Assembly: GCF_000013905.1 (NCBI RefSeq)
Contig: NC_007969.1
Span: 2,790,001-2,822,000, forward strand
DNA from: Psychrobacter cryohalolentis K5
GTDB taxonomy: Bacteria > Pseudomonadota > Gammaproteobacteria > Pseudomonadales > Moraxellaceae
Direction of reading: 5' to 3'
Length of the DNA stretch: 32,000 nucleotides
The position numbers were made by a program, and so were the translations under genes. The notes under the pieces are model-generated. The model ran no database searches, was not told the origin of the DNA, and worked only from the letters and a program-made list of their open reading frames with translations. Positions 1 to 8,787 of the stretch are shown piece after piece; the first letter of the stretch is position 1, and every line of letters starts with the position of its first letter.

Positions 1-110
1 CAATGGTTCATTGATATTTGCCCGCTGGCCACTCAATCATTAAGGCGTCAAGCTTATGAGTGAAACCTTGTAACCTTGGTGGCAGATTTACTACGATTGT
101 CTACTTGCAG

Positions 111-148
111 CCCCTTATCATCCTTGCGTATGATAAGGGGTAATTTTT
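111..148 (+). terminator. Rho-independent terminator of an upstream + strand gene that ends near the window edge
   Basis: Perfect 11-bp inverted repeat ccccttatcat (111-121) / atgataagggg (130-140) with an 8-nt loop, followed by taattttt. Frames 1 and 2 are both open from base 1 (stops at 61-63 and 41-43), so a gene tail probably lies in 1-63 but cannot be identified. Confidence 0.6.
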
Positions 149-157
149 GCAACATTT

Positions 158-1036
158 ATGGACGATACCATGTCAAGCTATTCATTTTCTCATCAGTTTT
201 ATCAGCGCTGGACGTGTGCACCAGAGCCTATCCGTGCCTCAATCATCCAAGAACTCACCGATATCACGACTTTATTGAAAGCTGAAACGCCATTTGAAAC
301 TTTTGTTTTTAGCACCCATGACCTAGATGCACACCTTGATGATCTCTATGAGAATCACGAAGCTGAGCAAGCTATCGCCAAGGCAATCGCTGATAAACAA
401 GCGGCAGAACAGGCAAGTGCTGAACAACAGCGTTTAGAAGAACAAAAAATCAAAGCAGAAGAGACCAAACGTCAAGAAGAAACTCACTTAACAAAGGAAA
501 GCAGGTTAAAAGAACAAGCTTTAGAAGAAAAAAATAAGCCTAAAGAAACTGAAAATACTCAAAAAGAAGTAGAAAGAGAGACACTGTTTGCTGATGATAA
601 AAATCGTTTAGAAACAGCTATAAAACTAGAGATAGCTGATGCAGATGAAACAGAAATCGACGATAAAGTTGATACTATCATAAATGATGATTCTGATAAT
701 GAGGAACATATTGCTAATAGTAAAACCATTAGCGAACATGCTAATGCCATTGATGATGACAGCATCAAAAATGACAGCACTATTAAAAATGATAGCAGTA
801 TTAACGCCATCAACAATAAAGCCAGTTTAGCGATCAGCTTAGCCGTTAAAGATGCCAAACTCAGCGTCACTCATAAAGACTTAATTCATGAGCTTGAAAT
901 GCAGATTGACGATTATTTGAGCGATCAGATGATGCTGATGTCTGAAAACCTAAAATCTTGGCTACGTGCTGAGATGACTCAACATCTAAGCGAGCAAGAC
1001 AAAAATCTTTCTAACGGTAATCTTCCAAAAAACTAA
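158..1036 (+). CDS. Hypothetical acidic coiled-coil / low-complexity protein (292 aa)
   Basis: Long ORF with a structured-looking N-terminus (SYSFSHQFYQRWTCAPEPIRASIIQELTDI...). The centre is E/K/Q-rich and heptad-like (QRLEEQKIKAEETKRQEE...). A D/N/S/I-rich tract carries IKNDS-type repeats, and the C-terminus is amphipathic. A strong terminator follows. I recognise no family. The start could be ATG 158 or ATG 170, and neither has a good SD. Confidence 0.6.
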   Translation: MDDTMSSYSFSHQFYQRWTCAPEPIRASIIQELTDITTLLKAETPFETFVFSTHDLDAHLDDLYENHEAEQAIAKAIADKQAAEQASAEQQRLEEQKIKAEETKRQEETHLTKESRLKEQALEEKNKPKETENTQKEVERETLFADDKNRLETAIKLEIADADETEIDDKVDTIINDDSDNEEHIANSKTISEHANAIDDDSIKNDSTIKNDSSINAINNKASLAISLAVKDAKLSVTHKDLIHELEMQIDDYLSDQMMLMSENLKSWLRAEMTQHLSEQDKNLSNGNLPKN

Positions 1037-1041
1037 ACGCA

Positions 1042-1077
1042 TTCTCTGAACAAAAAAAAGCCCCATAAATATTTACG
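1042..1077. terminator. Bidirectional rho-independent terminator between convergent genes
   Basis: aaaaaaaa-gcccc-ataaatatttac-ggggc-tttttt. A GC stem is flanked by an A-run and a T-run, lying between the stops at 1036 (+) and 1113 (-). Confidence 0.8.
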
Positions 1078-1112
1078 GGGCTTTTTTATGCTTGCTTAAA
1101 AATGAGCAATGT

Positions 1113-2930
1113 TTATATGGCTTGCGTACGCTCGGTTAGCCAGTCAAGTGCTGCGCCATCGACGCGATTTTTTAGCTCTGCATATACTTGGCGATGATAG
1201 TCATTCAGCCAATCGACCTCTACTTGACTTAATAATGATGGCTCAATCAAACGCGTATCAATTGGGCAGTAAGTAACAGTCTCAAAATTAAGGAAATTAC
1301 CAAATTCCGTCTCTACTGGATGAGAAACACGTTTATTAACCATCAAGTTTTCGATACGGATCCCCCACTTACCTTCGCGGTATAGACCCGGCTCATTACT
1401 AGATATCATACCTTCTTTCATCGCGCGCTCTTTTGGCGTACTGGCACTATAAGCAATCACTTGTGGACCTTCATGGACATTGAGGAAGTAACCAACGCCA
1501 TGACCCGTACCGTGACCATAATCCATTTGAGCTTGCCATAGTGGCGCACGGCAAATCGCATCAATCAGTGGTGAGGCAATACCATCAGGAAAATGTGCTT
1601 TTGCTAAAGCAATATGTGCTTTAAGTACAGTGGTAAAGTCGCGTTTGTGTTCCGTGCTTACTTGACCGATGCCAACCACCCGGGTGATATCTGTGGTGCC
1701 GTTTTGATATTGAGCACCTGAATCAATCAGTAGCAGTCCGCCTTCGCCTTCATTTACATCTAAATAGCTGAATTTTTCTGGTGTTGCGCGGTAATGCGGC
1801 AAAGCACCGTTTTCATTGAAACCTGCGATAGTGGGGAAACTTGGCGACACATAATGTGGCTGCTGACTACGTACCTCGATCAGCATACTATCAACATCCA
1901 GCTCGCTTAAATGCTCACCGTCTGCTAAACGCTGCTCAAAGGTGGCAAAAAACTCACATAATGCTGCGCCATCTTGACGCATCGCTTCACGTACATGATC
2001 GATGTCAGCGTCAGATTTAACCGATTTTAGCAAAGTACTTGGCGCCATTTGCTCAATAAAACCTACGCCATCGGCCATTTTAGATAGCGTACCCACTGCC
2101 ACTTTACTTGGGTCTAATAGCAATAAGTCATTGGCTGTGAGCGTACCCAATGCGTCTTGCACTGCCTCATAATCAGCAATTGCGATACCGCTATCTTTCA
2201 AGCTTTGTGCTATCTCGCTATTGACTTTATTATTATCAATAAACAATGTCGCGTCGTTTTCGCTAATGAGCATATGTGCCAAAAACACAGGATTATAATC
2301 AACATCAGCGCCGCGTAAGTTGGTCAGCCAAGCAATATCATCTAAGCTCGAGAGCAGATGATGCGTCGCCCCTGCCTCTGCCATACCCACACGGACGGCG
2401 ACAAGTTTGTCGATAGCAGACTGCGCTAAAAACTGTGCATCATGTACATATAAACTGGCTGCTGGCAATGCTGGACGGTCAGTCCATACTTCCGTCAATA
2501 GATCACGCTCAGTAATTAAGGTAATATCATTGGCTTCAAAGGCATCAAGCAAGCGATCTTGCTCAGCGATAGACAGTACATTGCCATCGACTGCCACGCT
2601 ATCACCTTCCGCCAAATGCGTAGCCAACCAATCGATATGGTTTGGCTGACCCGGTGCTAGCTTCTCTAAAGTAATACCCGTGCCATCCAACTGCTCAGCT
2701 GCATGTACCCAGTAGCGGCTGTCGGTCCACAGACCAGCAAAGTCAGCGGTAACGACCAATGTACCGACCGAACCGGTAAAGCCTGACAACCAAAGCCTCG
2801 CCTGCCAATATTCTGGTAAATACTCAGACAGATGCGGATCAGCAGAAGGGACAATAATCGCTGTCAGGTCTTGTGCTGCTAGGGTTTGACGTAAGCTCTC
2901 GATACGATCATGAATGGCTTGTTTATTCAT
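1113..2930 (-). CDS. pepP: Xaa-Pro aminopeptidase, long (about 600 aa) aminopeptidase P / M24B family
   Basis: The C-terminal pita-bread metal-ligand motifs are visible: DSGAQY...TDITR, HGTGHGVGYFLNVHEGP, NEPGLY, GIRIENL. The creatinase-like N-terminal domains give a 605-aa protein. AAGGA SD lies 8-9 nt before the ATG at 2930. The symbol is used loosely because this is the long APP1-like form, not the E. coli-length PepP. Confidence 0.85.
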   Translation of the reverse strand: MNKQAIHDRIESLRQTLAAQDLTAIIVPSADPHLSEYLPEYWQARLWLSGFTGSVGTLVVTADFAGLWTDSRYWVHAAEQLDGTGITLEKLAPGQPNHIDWLATHLAEGDSVAVDGNVLSIAEQDRLLDAFEANDITLITERDLLTEVWTDRPALPAASLYVHDAQFLAQSAIDKLVAVRVGMAEAGATHHLLSSLDDIAWLTNLRGADVDYNPVFLAHMLISENDATLFIDNNKVNSEIAQSLKDSGIAIADYEAVQDALGTLTANDLLLLDPSKVAVGTLSKMADGVGFIEQMAPSTLLKSVKSDADIDHVREAMRQDGAALCEFFATFEQRLADGEHLSELDVDSMLIEVRSQQPHYVSPSFPTIAGFNENGALPHYRATPEKFSYLDVNEGEGGLLLIDSGAQYQNGTTDITRVVGIGQVSTEHKRDFTTVLKAHIALAKAHFPDGIASPLIDAICRAPLWQAQMDYGHGTGHGVGYFLNVHEGPQVIAYSASTPKERAMKEGMISSNEPGLYREGKWGIRIENLMVNKRVSHPVETEFGNFLNFETVTYCPIDTRLIEPSLLSQVEVDWLNDYHRQVYAELKNRVDGAALDWLTERTQAI

Positions 2931-2947
2931 TAGGTAATTCCTTATGA

Positions 2948-2989
2948 GTGTTTAAAAATTAGTATTTAAAAATCAGCGTTTAAAAAATA
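2948..2989. repeat. Three tandem 14-bp direct repeats GYNTTTAAAAAWYA just upstream of the pepP start
   Basis: gtgtttaaaaatta (2948-2961), gtatttaaaaatca (2962-2975), gcgtttaaaaaata (2976-2989). The TTTAAAAA cores begin at 2951, 2965 and 2979, giving an exact 14-bp period. Confidence 0.8.
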
Positions 2990-3065
2990 ACGTGAGGCGA
3001 CTATGGATAGCCGTCTTATTTGAGAAATTGCTTTGGTTCTTCATGTGAATTAAAAAATAACAAAG

Positions 3066-3093
3066 ATTAGGCAAATGATATTAGGCAAAGTCA
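3066..3093. repeat. Two tandem 14-bp direct repeats ATTAGGCAAA(NNNN) in the pepP upstream region
   Basis: attaggcaaa occurs at 3066-3075 and again at 3080-3089, so the period is 14 bp. Confidence 0.7.
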
Positions 3094-3206
3094 TTTTGCA
3101 TAGTAATCAGACAAGGTTGATGAAGCGTAAGAGTAAAAACAATACCCTTAGATGTTTGGGCAGACAGTCAGCTTTCAATAGCCTTAGGTAAATATCTTAG
3201 CAAGTT

Positions 3207-3247
3207 AAAAAATAAGACATGCTACCCATAATGGTAACACGTCTTAT
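3207..3247 (-). terminator. Rho-independent terminator of the POT transporter gene
   Basis: On the minus strand: ataagacgtgttacc-attat-gggtagcatgtcttat followed by tttttt. The stem is about 15 bp if G-U pairs are allowed. It starts 45 nt after the stop at 3292. Confidence 0.75.
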
Positions 3248-3291
3248 CATCAGTCACTGACTTGGACCACTTCTAATCAATAACTGGTTAT

Positions 3292-4854
3292 CTAGCTGGC
3301 TTGATCCGCATGCTCGCTTTGTTTGAGCATATTATTGATAGGTTTTGCCAATAATAGCAAGATAACTGCCGTTACTACCAAAAAGACAGTCATAGTGGTA
3401 AACAATCCGGGTAATCCTTCAATCTTATCTGCTGAGACATGACCACCAAAGAATGCCGCAACTAAGTTGCCCAGTGCAACAGAAGCAAAGAACAGCCCCA
3501 TCATCTGCCCTTGCATACCTTTTGGCGCAAGCTTCGTCATAGCAGACAACCCAACAGGGCTCAGTGCCAACTCACCAAGCGTCAGTAGTAATAGACTACC
3601 AACCAACCATAAAGGTGATGCCAAGCCGCCATCAGCGGTTAAGATGCTTTTTGATGCAAATATCATCAAGGCAAAACCGGCAGCCGCAAGCAACATACCA
3701 AGCGCAAACTTCGTCATACTACTTGGCTCAAGACCTCGATTGCCAAGCTTGACCCATAAAATACTAGCTATAGGCGCTAATATTAAGATAAACAACGGAT
3801 TCAATGATTGAAACCAGATACTGGGTACTTCAAACCCTAAAACATTTAGATCTGTATAGCGATCGGCAAACAAGTTAAAAGACGTTGGTTGCTGCTCAAA
3901 ACTTGACCAAAATAGCGTCGAGCCAATAATCAAAATAAAGCAAATCAACAAGCGCAGCTTATCTGTTTTATCCAGTCTTGGTGAAATAGCCATTACTGCA
4001 AAATATAAGATGACCACTGCAGCAATGACATAAGTCATATATTCTGCGACCATTTCAGGGTTAAATGGCATGATACCAGTGGATACTAAAATCACAATGG
4101 CAACTAGCAAAGCTAAGAATCCTGCAACCCACTGACCGACGTTTTTAAACAGTCCTGTCGATTGCTCCCATTCAGGGGTGATGTTTTTGGCACTGGCATA
4201 ACGATTTAACGTCTTTTTAGCAGAAAAGCGGTAAATGATTAGCGAAGCCAACATACCAAGTCCACCAACGCCAAAACCTATATGCCACATCCCTTTTTCT
4301 TTAAATACACCCACAATCAGTGCTGCCAATAGCGCGCCAATATTGATACCCATATAAAATAAAGTAAATCCACCATCGCGGCGCGAATCGCCCTTAGGGT
4401 ATAAGGCACCAACCATCACTGAGATACAGGTTTTAAACAAGCCTGAACCCAAGACGATACAGATGAGCCCCATAAAGAACAGCGTCATACCGAACATAGC
4501 AGAAAGCGCGATACACAAATGACCCAAAGCAATAATAATACTGCCCCACCATAGCGCACGCTCTTGACCCAGCCAATTGTCAGCTAGCCAACCGCCCGGC
4601 ACGGCTGCTAAATACAACGAACCGGCAAAAATACCATAAATGGCAGAGGCAGTCACTTCATCAAAGCCAAAACCCCCACTACCGACAGTCGCTACCATAA
4701 ACAATACCAGTAGCGGACGGATACTATAATAAGAAAAACGCTCCCACATTTCAGTGAAAAATAACGGGCGTAGCGGCTTAGGATGTCCCATAAAGCCGTT
4801 TTCTAGCGATGCCAATTCGGCAGCACTCACCTCTGATTTTGATTCTATATTCAT
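3292..4854 (-). CDS. Proton-dependent oligopeptide transporter (POT/PTR2 family di-/tripeptide permease)
   Basis: 520-aa polytopic protein. The POT signature ExxERFxYY is visible as FTEMWERFSYYSIRPLLVLFM near the N-terminus, and the length and architecture resemble DtpA/DtpT. AAGGGA SD lies 9 nt before the ATG. Confidence 0.85.
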   Translation of the reverse strand: MNIESKSEVSAAELASLENGFMGHPKPLRPLFFTEMWERFSYYSIRPLLVLFMVATVGSGGFGFDEVTASAIYGIFAGSLYLAAVPGGWLADNWLGQERALWWGSIIIALGHLCIALSAMFGMTLFFMGLICIVLGSGLFKTCISVMVGALYPKGDSRRDGGFTLFYMGINIGALLAALIVGVFKEKGMWHIGFGVGGLGMLASLIIYRFSAKKTLNRYASAKNITPEWEQSTGLFKNVGQWVAGFLALLVAIVILVSTGIMPFNPEMVAEYMTYVIAAVVILYFAVMAISPRLDKTDKLRLLICFILIIGSTLFWSSFEQQPTSFNLFADRYTDLNVLGFEVPSIWFQSLNPLFILILAPIASILWVKLGNRGLEPSSMTKFALGMLLAAAGFALMIFASKSILTADGGLASPLWLVGSLLLLTLGELALSPVGLSAMTKLAPKGMQGQMMGLFFASVALGNLVAAFFGGHVSADKIEGLPGLFTTMTVFLVVTAVILLLLAKPINNMLKQSEHADQAS

Positions 4855-4988
4855 AAATCTATTCCCTTAAATTCCACTTAGATAATGCCCCAATTCCTAA
4901 TTCTTTTAGTCAGTGGTTTTATAGGCGCAATATTGTTTCACCTGCTCGGAAGCAAGTAAAGAGAGAATTGGTCAATAATTACACAAAC

Positions 4989-5040
4989 AACCATAAAAAA
5001 ACCCCGCTCTCCATAATTGAGAACGGGGTTTTTATGGTTG
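4989..5040. terminator. Bidirectional rho-independent terminator (serves the minus-strand gene ending at 5167)
   Basis: caaccataaaaaaa-ccccgctctc-cataatt-gagaacgggg-tttttatggttg. A GC-rich stem has flanking A and T runs that themselves extend the palindrome. Confidence 0.8.
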
Positions 5041-5166
5041 TGCTGAGTCGTAATCATAGCAGCAATGGCAGTGTCACTAATTAGAGACTGAACGCTACAT
5101 TTAGAGACTTAATTATAGACAGCTTGCTCATCACTATATTTATGCTATCACTCTAAAACAGCAAAA

Positions 5167-5592
5167 TTACTGTGCAGCAGGCGCTTTTTCAGTAGTTTCC
5201 GCTGCTACTCCATCAGCAGGTTCTGCTGTTAAATCAGCATCGGCAACTGCCGCTTGACTTACTGTACCTTCAGCAGTAGCTGTACCTGCTTCTGCGCTAA
5301 CAACGGCACTATCAGCGTCAGTTGCTGGAGTCACTGTCGCATCCGCGGGAGTAGCAGTCGCCACTGCGGTATTATCTGCTGCTGGGGCAGTAGCAGGTGC
5401 TGCCTCTTCGGTTGCGGTTGCAGGTGCTTCTGCTTCAACTGCTGGCATAGTTTCAGCAGTGATATGCTCTCCCGCTGGGCGCAAGAAACCAGAAATACCG
5501 ATCAATAAGACGATACCTAAAAATAAGGCAACACCGCCTAAAGTCAACAATAGCTCTTTTTTAGGGTTGTTTTCGACAATATGTTCTGACAT
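5167..5592 (-). CDS. Small membrane-anchored protein with an Ala/Thr/Glu-rich low-complexity tail (141 aa)
   Basis: Short polar N-terminus, then one clear TM helix (LLLTLGGVALFLGIVLLIGISGFL), then about 100 aa of A/T/E/D/V low complexity. A good SD (aaggtggataaggt) precedes the ATG at 5592. It lies downstream of lnt on the same strand and ahead of the 4989-5040 terminator. Confidence 0.6.
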   Translation of the reverse strand: MSEHIVENNPKKELLLTLGGVALFLGIVLLIGISGFLRPAGEHITAETMPAVEAEAPATATEEAAPATAPAADNTAVATATPADATVTPATDADSAVVSAEAGTATAEGTVSQAAVADADLTAEPADGVAAETTEKAPAAQ

Positions 5593-5728
5593 ACCTTATC
5601 CACCTTGCACAAAATATTTAAAATATTGGGCTATTATATCGCAATTTATGTCGATTTGTTAAAAGCCTCAACTAATTAAAAGTTTTATTATCGAAAAATA
5701 TGATAGCCACCGTATATTTACGGTGTAA

Positions 5729-7303
5729 TTAATCAATCGTACGTGTTTGAGGCGTCGATCGTTTGCCAAGATAGCTCAATAACAATAGCAGCGCAATCAC
5801 GATTAAAATAGGATAATTACCAAAGCGCATAAAAGGGGTATTACCGACACGCGCCTGAACATCGCCACGTAATACGGTACGCTCAAACTGCGGGGCACGT
5901 TTAACGATACGCCCTTTGTGGTCAATAATAGCAGTCACACCCGTATTGGTCGCGCGCATAAACCAGCGTCCATTCTCTAGCGCGCGCATCTGTACCATTT
6001 GCAGATGTTGCAGCGGACCCGCTGAAGTGCCAAACCATGCATCGTTTGAGATGGTCAATAAAAAGTCAGTATCGATAGCATTTTTGCGCGTGGTATCAGG
6101 ATAAGCAACTTCATAACATACTGCCGCGCCCAGATTATGCCCACGTACACGCAGCGGTGATTGGTTATCACTACCGCGGCTATAGCTCATGATATCTTGG
6201 CTACCAGCAAGATTTGGCAAGATATCTAGCATACCCTCAAAAGGAATATATTCGCCAAAGGGGACCAAACGCTGCTTTTTATACATCCCTTCCGCATCAC
6301 TACCAAGCGCAATCACACTATTATAAAACGGCGGGTACTTATCCATTTTTGGTTCAAAGTCTGCTTGATCTCGATAAGGAATACCTGTGACCCATGTGGT
6401 ATCGGTTTCTTTTGCCATTTTTACCATTTCATTGATAAAACCAACCGCTTCATCTTGAAACATAGGAATAGAAGATTCCGGCCATACGACAATATCACGT
6501 TCCCATTCTGTACTGGTCAAAGTTGCATATATTTTTAGCGTCTCTACTTGGTATTCAGTCAGCCACTTTAAGTCTTGGGGGATATTGCCCTGAATTAACG
6601 ACACCGACAAATCAGGTGTGCCCTTTGGCTTCGTCCATTGTGGATTGATGAGCCATAAAGAAGTACTAATGATTAATAGCGCAAACGTGGCAATCAGATA
6701 ACCACCGCGACGGCGAAATTGCTCCACGATACTGGCTGCTAATAATACGGCCACAAACGATACAGCAAACACGCCAGCGACCGGTGCCAATGACGACAGC
6801 CAATACTGCTCAGTAAACGCATAACCGACAAACAGCCACGGAAAGCCTGTAAACAGCCAAGTCTTCATCCACTCTTGCAATATCCATAGCGCGGCAAATG
6901 ATAACGGCTGCTTGCCAACCAGCCGATTAAAAGTCAGCGCCAAAAAGCCATGGAATAACCCCATGCCCAGACCCATTAGCGCAATCATAATCAGCGCAAG
7001 CCATACTGGCGTATCACCATACACATGAATGGACGTATATAACCAAAACGCCCCCACACACCAAAGCCCTGTGCCATAAGCCTGACCAATAAAAAATGCT
7101 CGCTTACCACTCATCTGTGGCAATAATAAAGCGTATAAAATCGCCGGAGAGACCAAAGCCACGGGCCAAAAGCCATAAGGCGCGAGTGCAAAGATAAATA
7201 TTGCGCCTGCCAGCCACGCAATCAATATCGTCAGCACCAGAGGTAAGCCCTTTGGCTTCTCAGGGTTTAGACGTTTTTGCAAATCAACAGTAGACAGACG
7301 CAT
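5729..7303 (-). CDS. lnt: Apolipoprotein N-acyltransferase
   Basis: 524 aa. The N-terminal multi-TM region is followed by a nitrilase-type CN-hydrolase domain (WPESS..., QRLVPFGEYIPF, ICYE-like AVCYEVAYPD). It sits next to corC, as in the conserved ybeZYX-lnt arrangement. Confidence 0.9.
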   Translation of the reverse strand: MRLSTVDLQKRLNPEKPKGLPLVLTILIAWLAGAIFIFALAPYGFWPVALVSPAILYALLLPQMSGKRAFFIGQAYGTGLWCVGAFWLYTSIHVYGDTPVWLALIMIALMGLGMGLFHGFLALTFNRLVGKQPLSFAALWILQEWMKTWLFTGFPWLFVGYAFTEQYWLSSLAPVAGVFAVSFVAVLLAASIVEQFRRRGGYLIATFALLIISTSLWLINPQWTKPKGTPDLSVSLIQGNIPQDLKWLTEYQVETLKIYATLTSTEWERDIVVWPESSIPMFQDEAVGFINEMVKMAKETDTTWVTGIPYRDQADFEPKMDKYPPFYNSVIALGSDAEGMYKKQRLVPFGEYIPFEGMLDILPNLAGSQDIMSYSRGSDNQSPLRVRGHNLGAAVCYEVAYPDTTRKNAIDTDFLLTISNDAWFGTSAGPLQHLQMVQMRALENGRWFMRATNTGVTAIIDHKGRIVKRAPQFERTVLRGDVQARVGNTPFMRFGNYPILIVIALLLLLSYLGKRSTPQTRTID

Positions 7304-7509
7304 AGCAGTTATCCAAAACTTTATTATTCAGTAATTTCAAATCTTGATGATTCAATCGACGTTTCATATAAAAACAGGCATATTATGCTCAATACAGCCG
7401 TCAAAAATCAAACTTGCTCATAATACCAGTCTGTCCAAAATAATGGGTAAATTTGCGTGTTTTATCGATCAATTTATCGACCAAAGAGTGATTACAAATG
7501 CTAAAAAAC

Positions 7510-7538
7510 AAAAAAACACGATCGCAATCGTGTTTTTT
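7510..7538. terminator. Rho-independent terminator after corC (bidirectional in form)
   Basis: aaaaaaa-cacgat-cgca-atcgtg-tttttt. The 7-bp stem is acacgat (7516-7522) / atcgtgt (7527-7533). On the minus strand it lies about 75 nt after the corC stop at 7612. Confidence 0.75.
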
Positions 7539-7611
7539 GTATGCTTATGACCTTTATTAAGCGTATCTTTAATAGCTCTAATCAATAGGCTCAACTTATT
7601 CAACAAAGTGT

Positions 7612-8511
7612 TTAATGGCTGCCAATCAAGATTTGTTGTTCAGGATTAATTTTAGTCAGCTCAAGATTTTGAATAAAACGCCCTTCGACATCAGTGATAG
7701 TGATTTGCCAATCGTCTATGACCACGCTCTCACCTTCTAAATCTCCGACATGACCAAGGGTCTGCATGACCAAGCCACCCATAGTATCGACATCAGTATC
7801 ATCAAAATGACAGCCAAGCTCATCGTTACAATCTTCAATCACGGTAGACGCTTGGACACGCCAAGTATTGGGCTTTTCAGGGTCAGCGACGATATTATTA
7901 ATGTCACTGTCTTCATCAAAATCATCATGCTCATCGACGATGTCACCGACGATTTCCTCAAGCAAATCCTCCATCGTGACCACACCACCAAAATTGCCAA
8001 ATTCATCGACAACAATCGCCATATGAACTTGGGTACGCTGTAATGAGCGCAGCAAAGTATCAGAGCGTGCACTTTCACTGATATAGAGTGGCTGACGCAC
8101 CAAATCTCTTAAGCGCTTGCTACTGATTTTCTCTTCTTCATCGCGCACCATGTGCACCAACAGAGGAATCAAATCTTTTGCCAACAGAATACCAATGACC
8201 GCATCGTCATCTTGGCTATCAAAAACCGGATAGCGCGAATGGGTGGTTTCAAGGATGATATCCATGACTTCAGCGAGGCTGGCGCTTTCGTGTAGCCCAA
8301 CCACCTGCGGGCGCGGTGTCATGATTTCACGCACTTGTGTTGCAGGCAAATCAAGCACACCTTCTAACATATCCACGGTGTCAGGTTCTAGAAATTGGCG
8401 CGAGTCTTGCACCAAACGTATCAGTTCATCTCGGGTTTCGGGGGCGGTCGATAGCCAGCGTTTTAAGCCGCGCATCGACCAACTACTCGGGCTTGGAGCA
8501 TCTTCAGACAT
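7612..8511 (-). CDS. corC: Magnesium/cobalt efflux protein CorC (CBS pair + CorC_HlyC transporter-associated domain)
   Basis: The 299-aa protein is collinear with E. coli CorC/YbeX as I remember it: DMLEGVLDL...VREIMTPR, SRYPV, HMAIVVDEFG...G.VT.EDLLEEIVG.I.DE.D. Confidence 0.9.
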   Translation of the reverse strand: MSEDAPSPSSWSMRGLKRWLSTAPETRDELIRLVQDSRQFLEPDTVDMLEGVLDLPATQVREIMTPRPQVVGLHESASLAEVMDIILETTHSRYPVFDSQDDDAVIGILLAKDLIPLLVHMVRDEEEKISSKRLRDLVRQPLYISESARSDTLLRSLQRTQVHMAIVVDEFGNFGGVVTMEDLLEEIVGDIVDEHDDFDEDSDINNIVADPEKPNTWRVQASTVIEDCNDELGCHFDDTDVDTMGGLVMQTLGHVGDLEGESVVIDDWQITITDVEGRFIQNLELTKINPEQQILIGSH

Positions 8512-8705
8512 GATGGTGTGAGTTAACCTCTTTAATTAATGTAATGGCAATTAGAATCATAAAAATGATAGATGGGGATAAAAAGGCTAAATAAAACAGT
8601 CAGCTTATCATTAAGAGGATATTAAAGCACAAATCATCCATCTTAATCAGGTTTACTTTATCGCAAGGCTTGGCGACATTCAACGTCAAATTCACTCAAA
8701 TTGTA

Positions 8706-8735
8706 TTGTCAGTGTGTTGCAATTTTTGCTATGGT
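8706..8735 (+). promoter_or_regulatory. Candidate sigma70 promoter for the DUF4105-like gene
   Basis: TTGTCA (8706-8711), 18-nt spacer, TATGGT (8730-8735). If real, transcription starts after the TTG at 8701, which supports ATG 8788 as the start codon. Confidence 0.3.
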
Positions 8736-8787
8736 CAAAGCCTGTTTCTTTCTTAATAAAAGCCAACACAAAGGCAAAATAAACCTT

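Noticed and set aside
5080-5109. Direct repeat ttagagact x2, 21 bp apart, in the 3' UTR of the Ala/Thr-rich gene
   Set aside because: It is short (9 bp), lies in AT-rich non-coding DNA and has no associated structure or ORF. It is compatible with chance.
7344-7550. 68-aa + strand ORF in the corC-lnt spacer
   Set aside because: It has no SD. Its C-terminal third is simply the translation of the A-run, stem and T-run of the corC terminator, and its composition is non-protein-like.
8701-8787. TTG-initiated 29-codon extension of the DUF4105-like ORF, and similar upstream extensions of tesB (18545-18601), trxA (29684-29719), rho (30537-30575), the kinase gene (22353-22385) and mutY (16152-16280)
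   Set aside because: In each case an internal ATG or TTG with a better SD aligns with the known family N-terminus. The extensions are Cys/Ile/Leu-rich junk or overlap predicted promoters.
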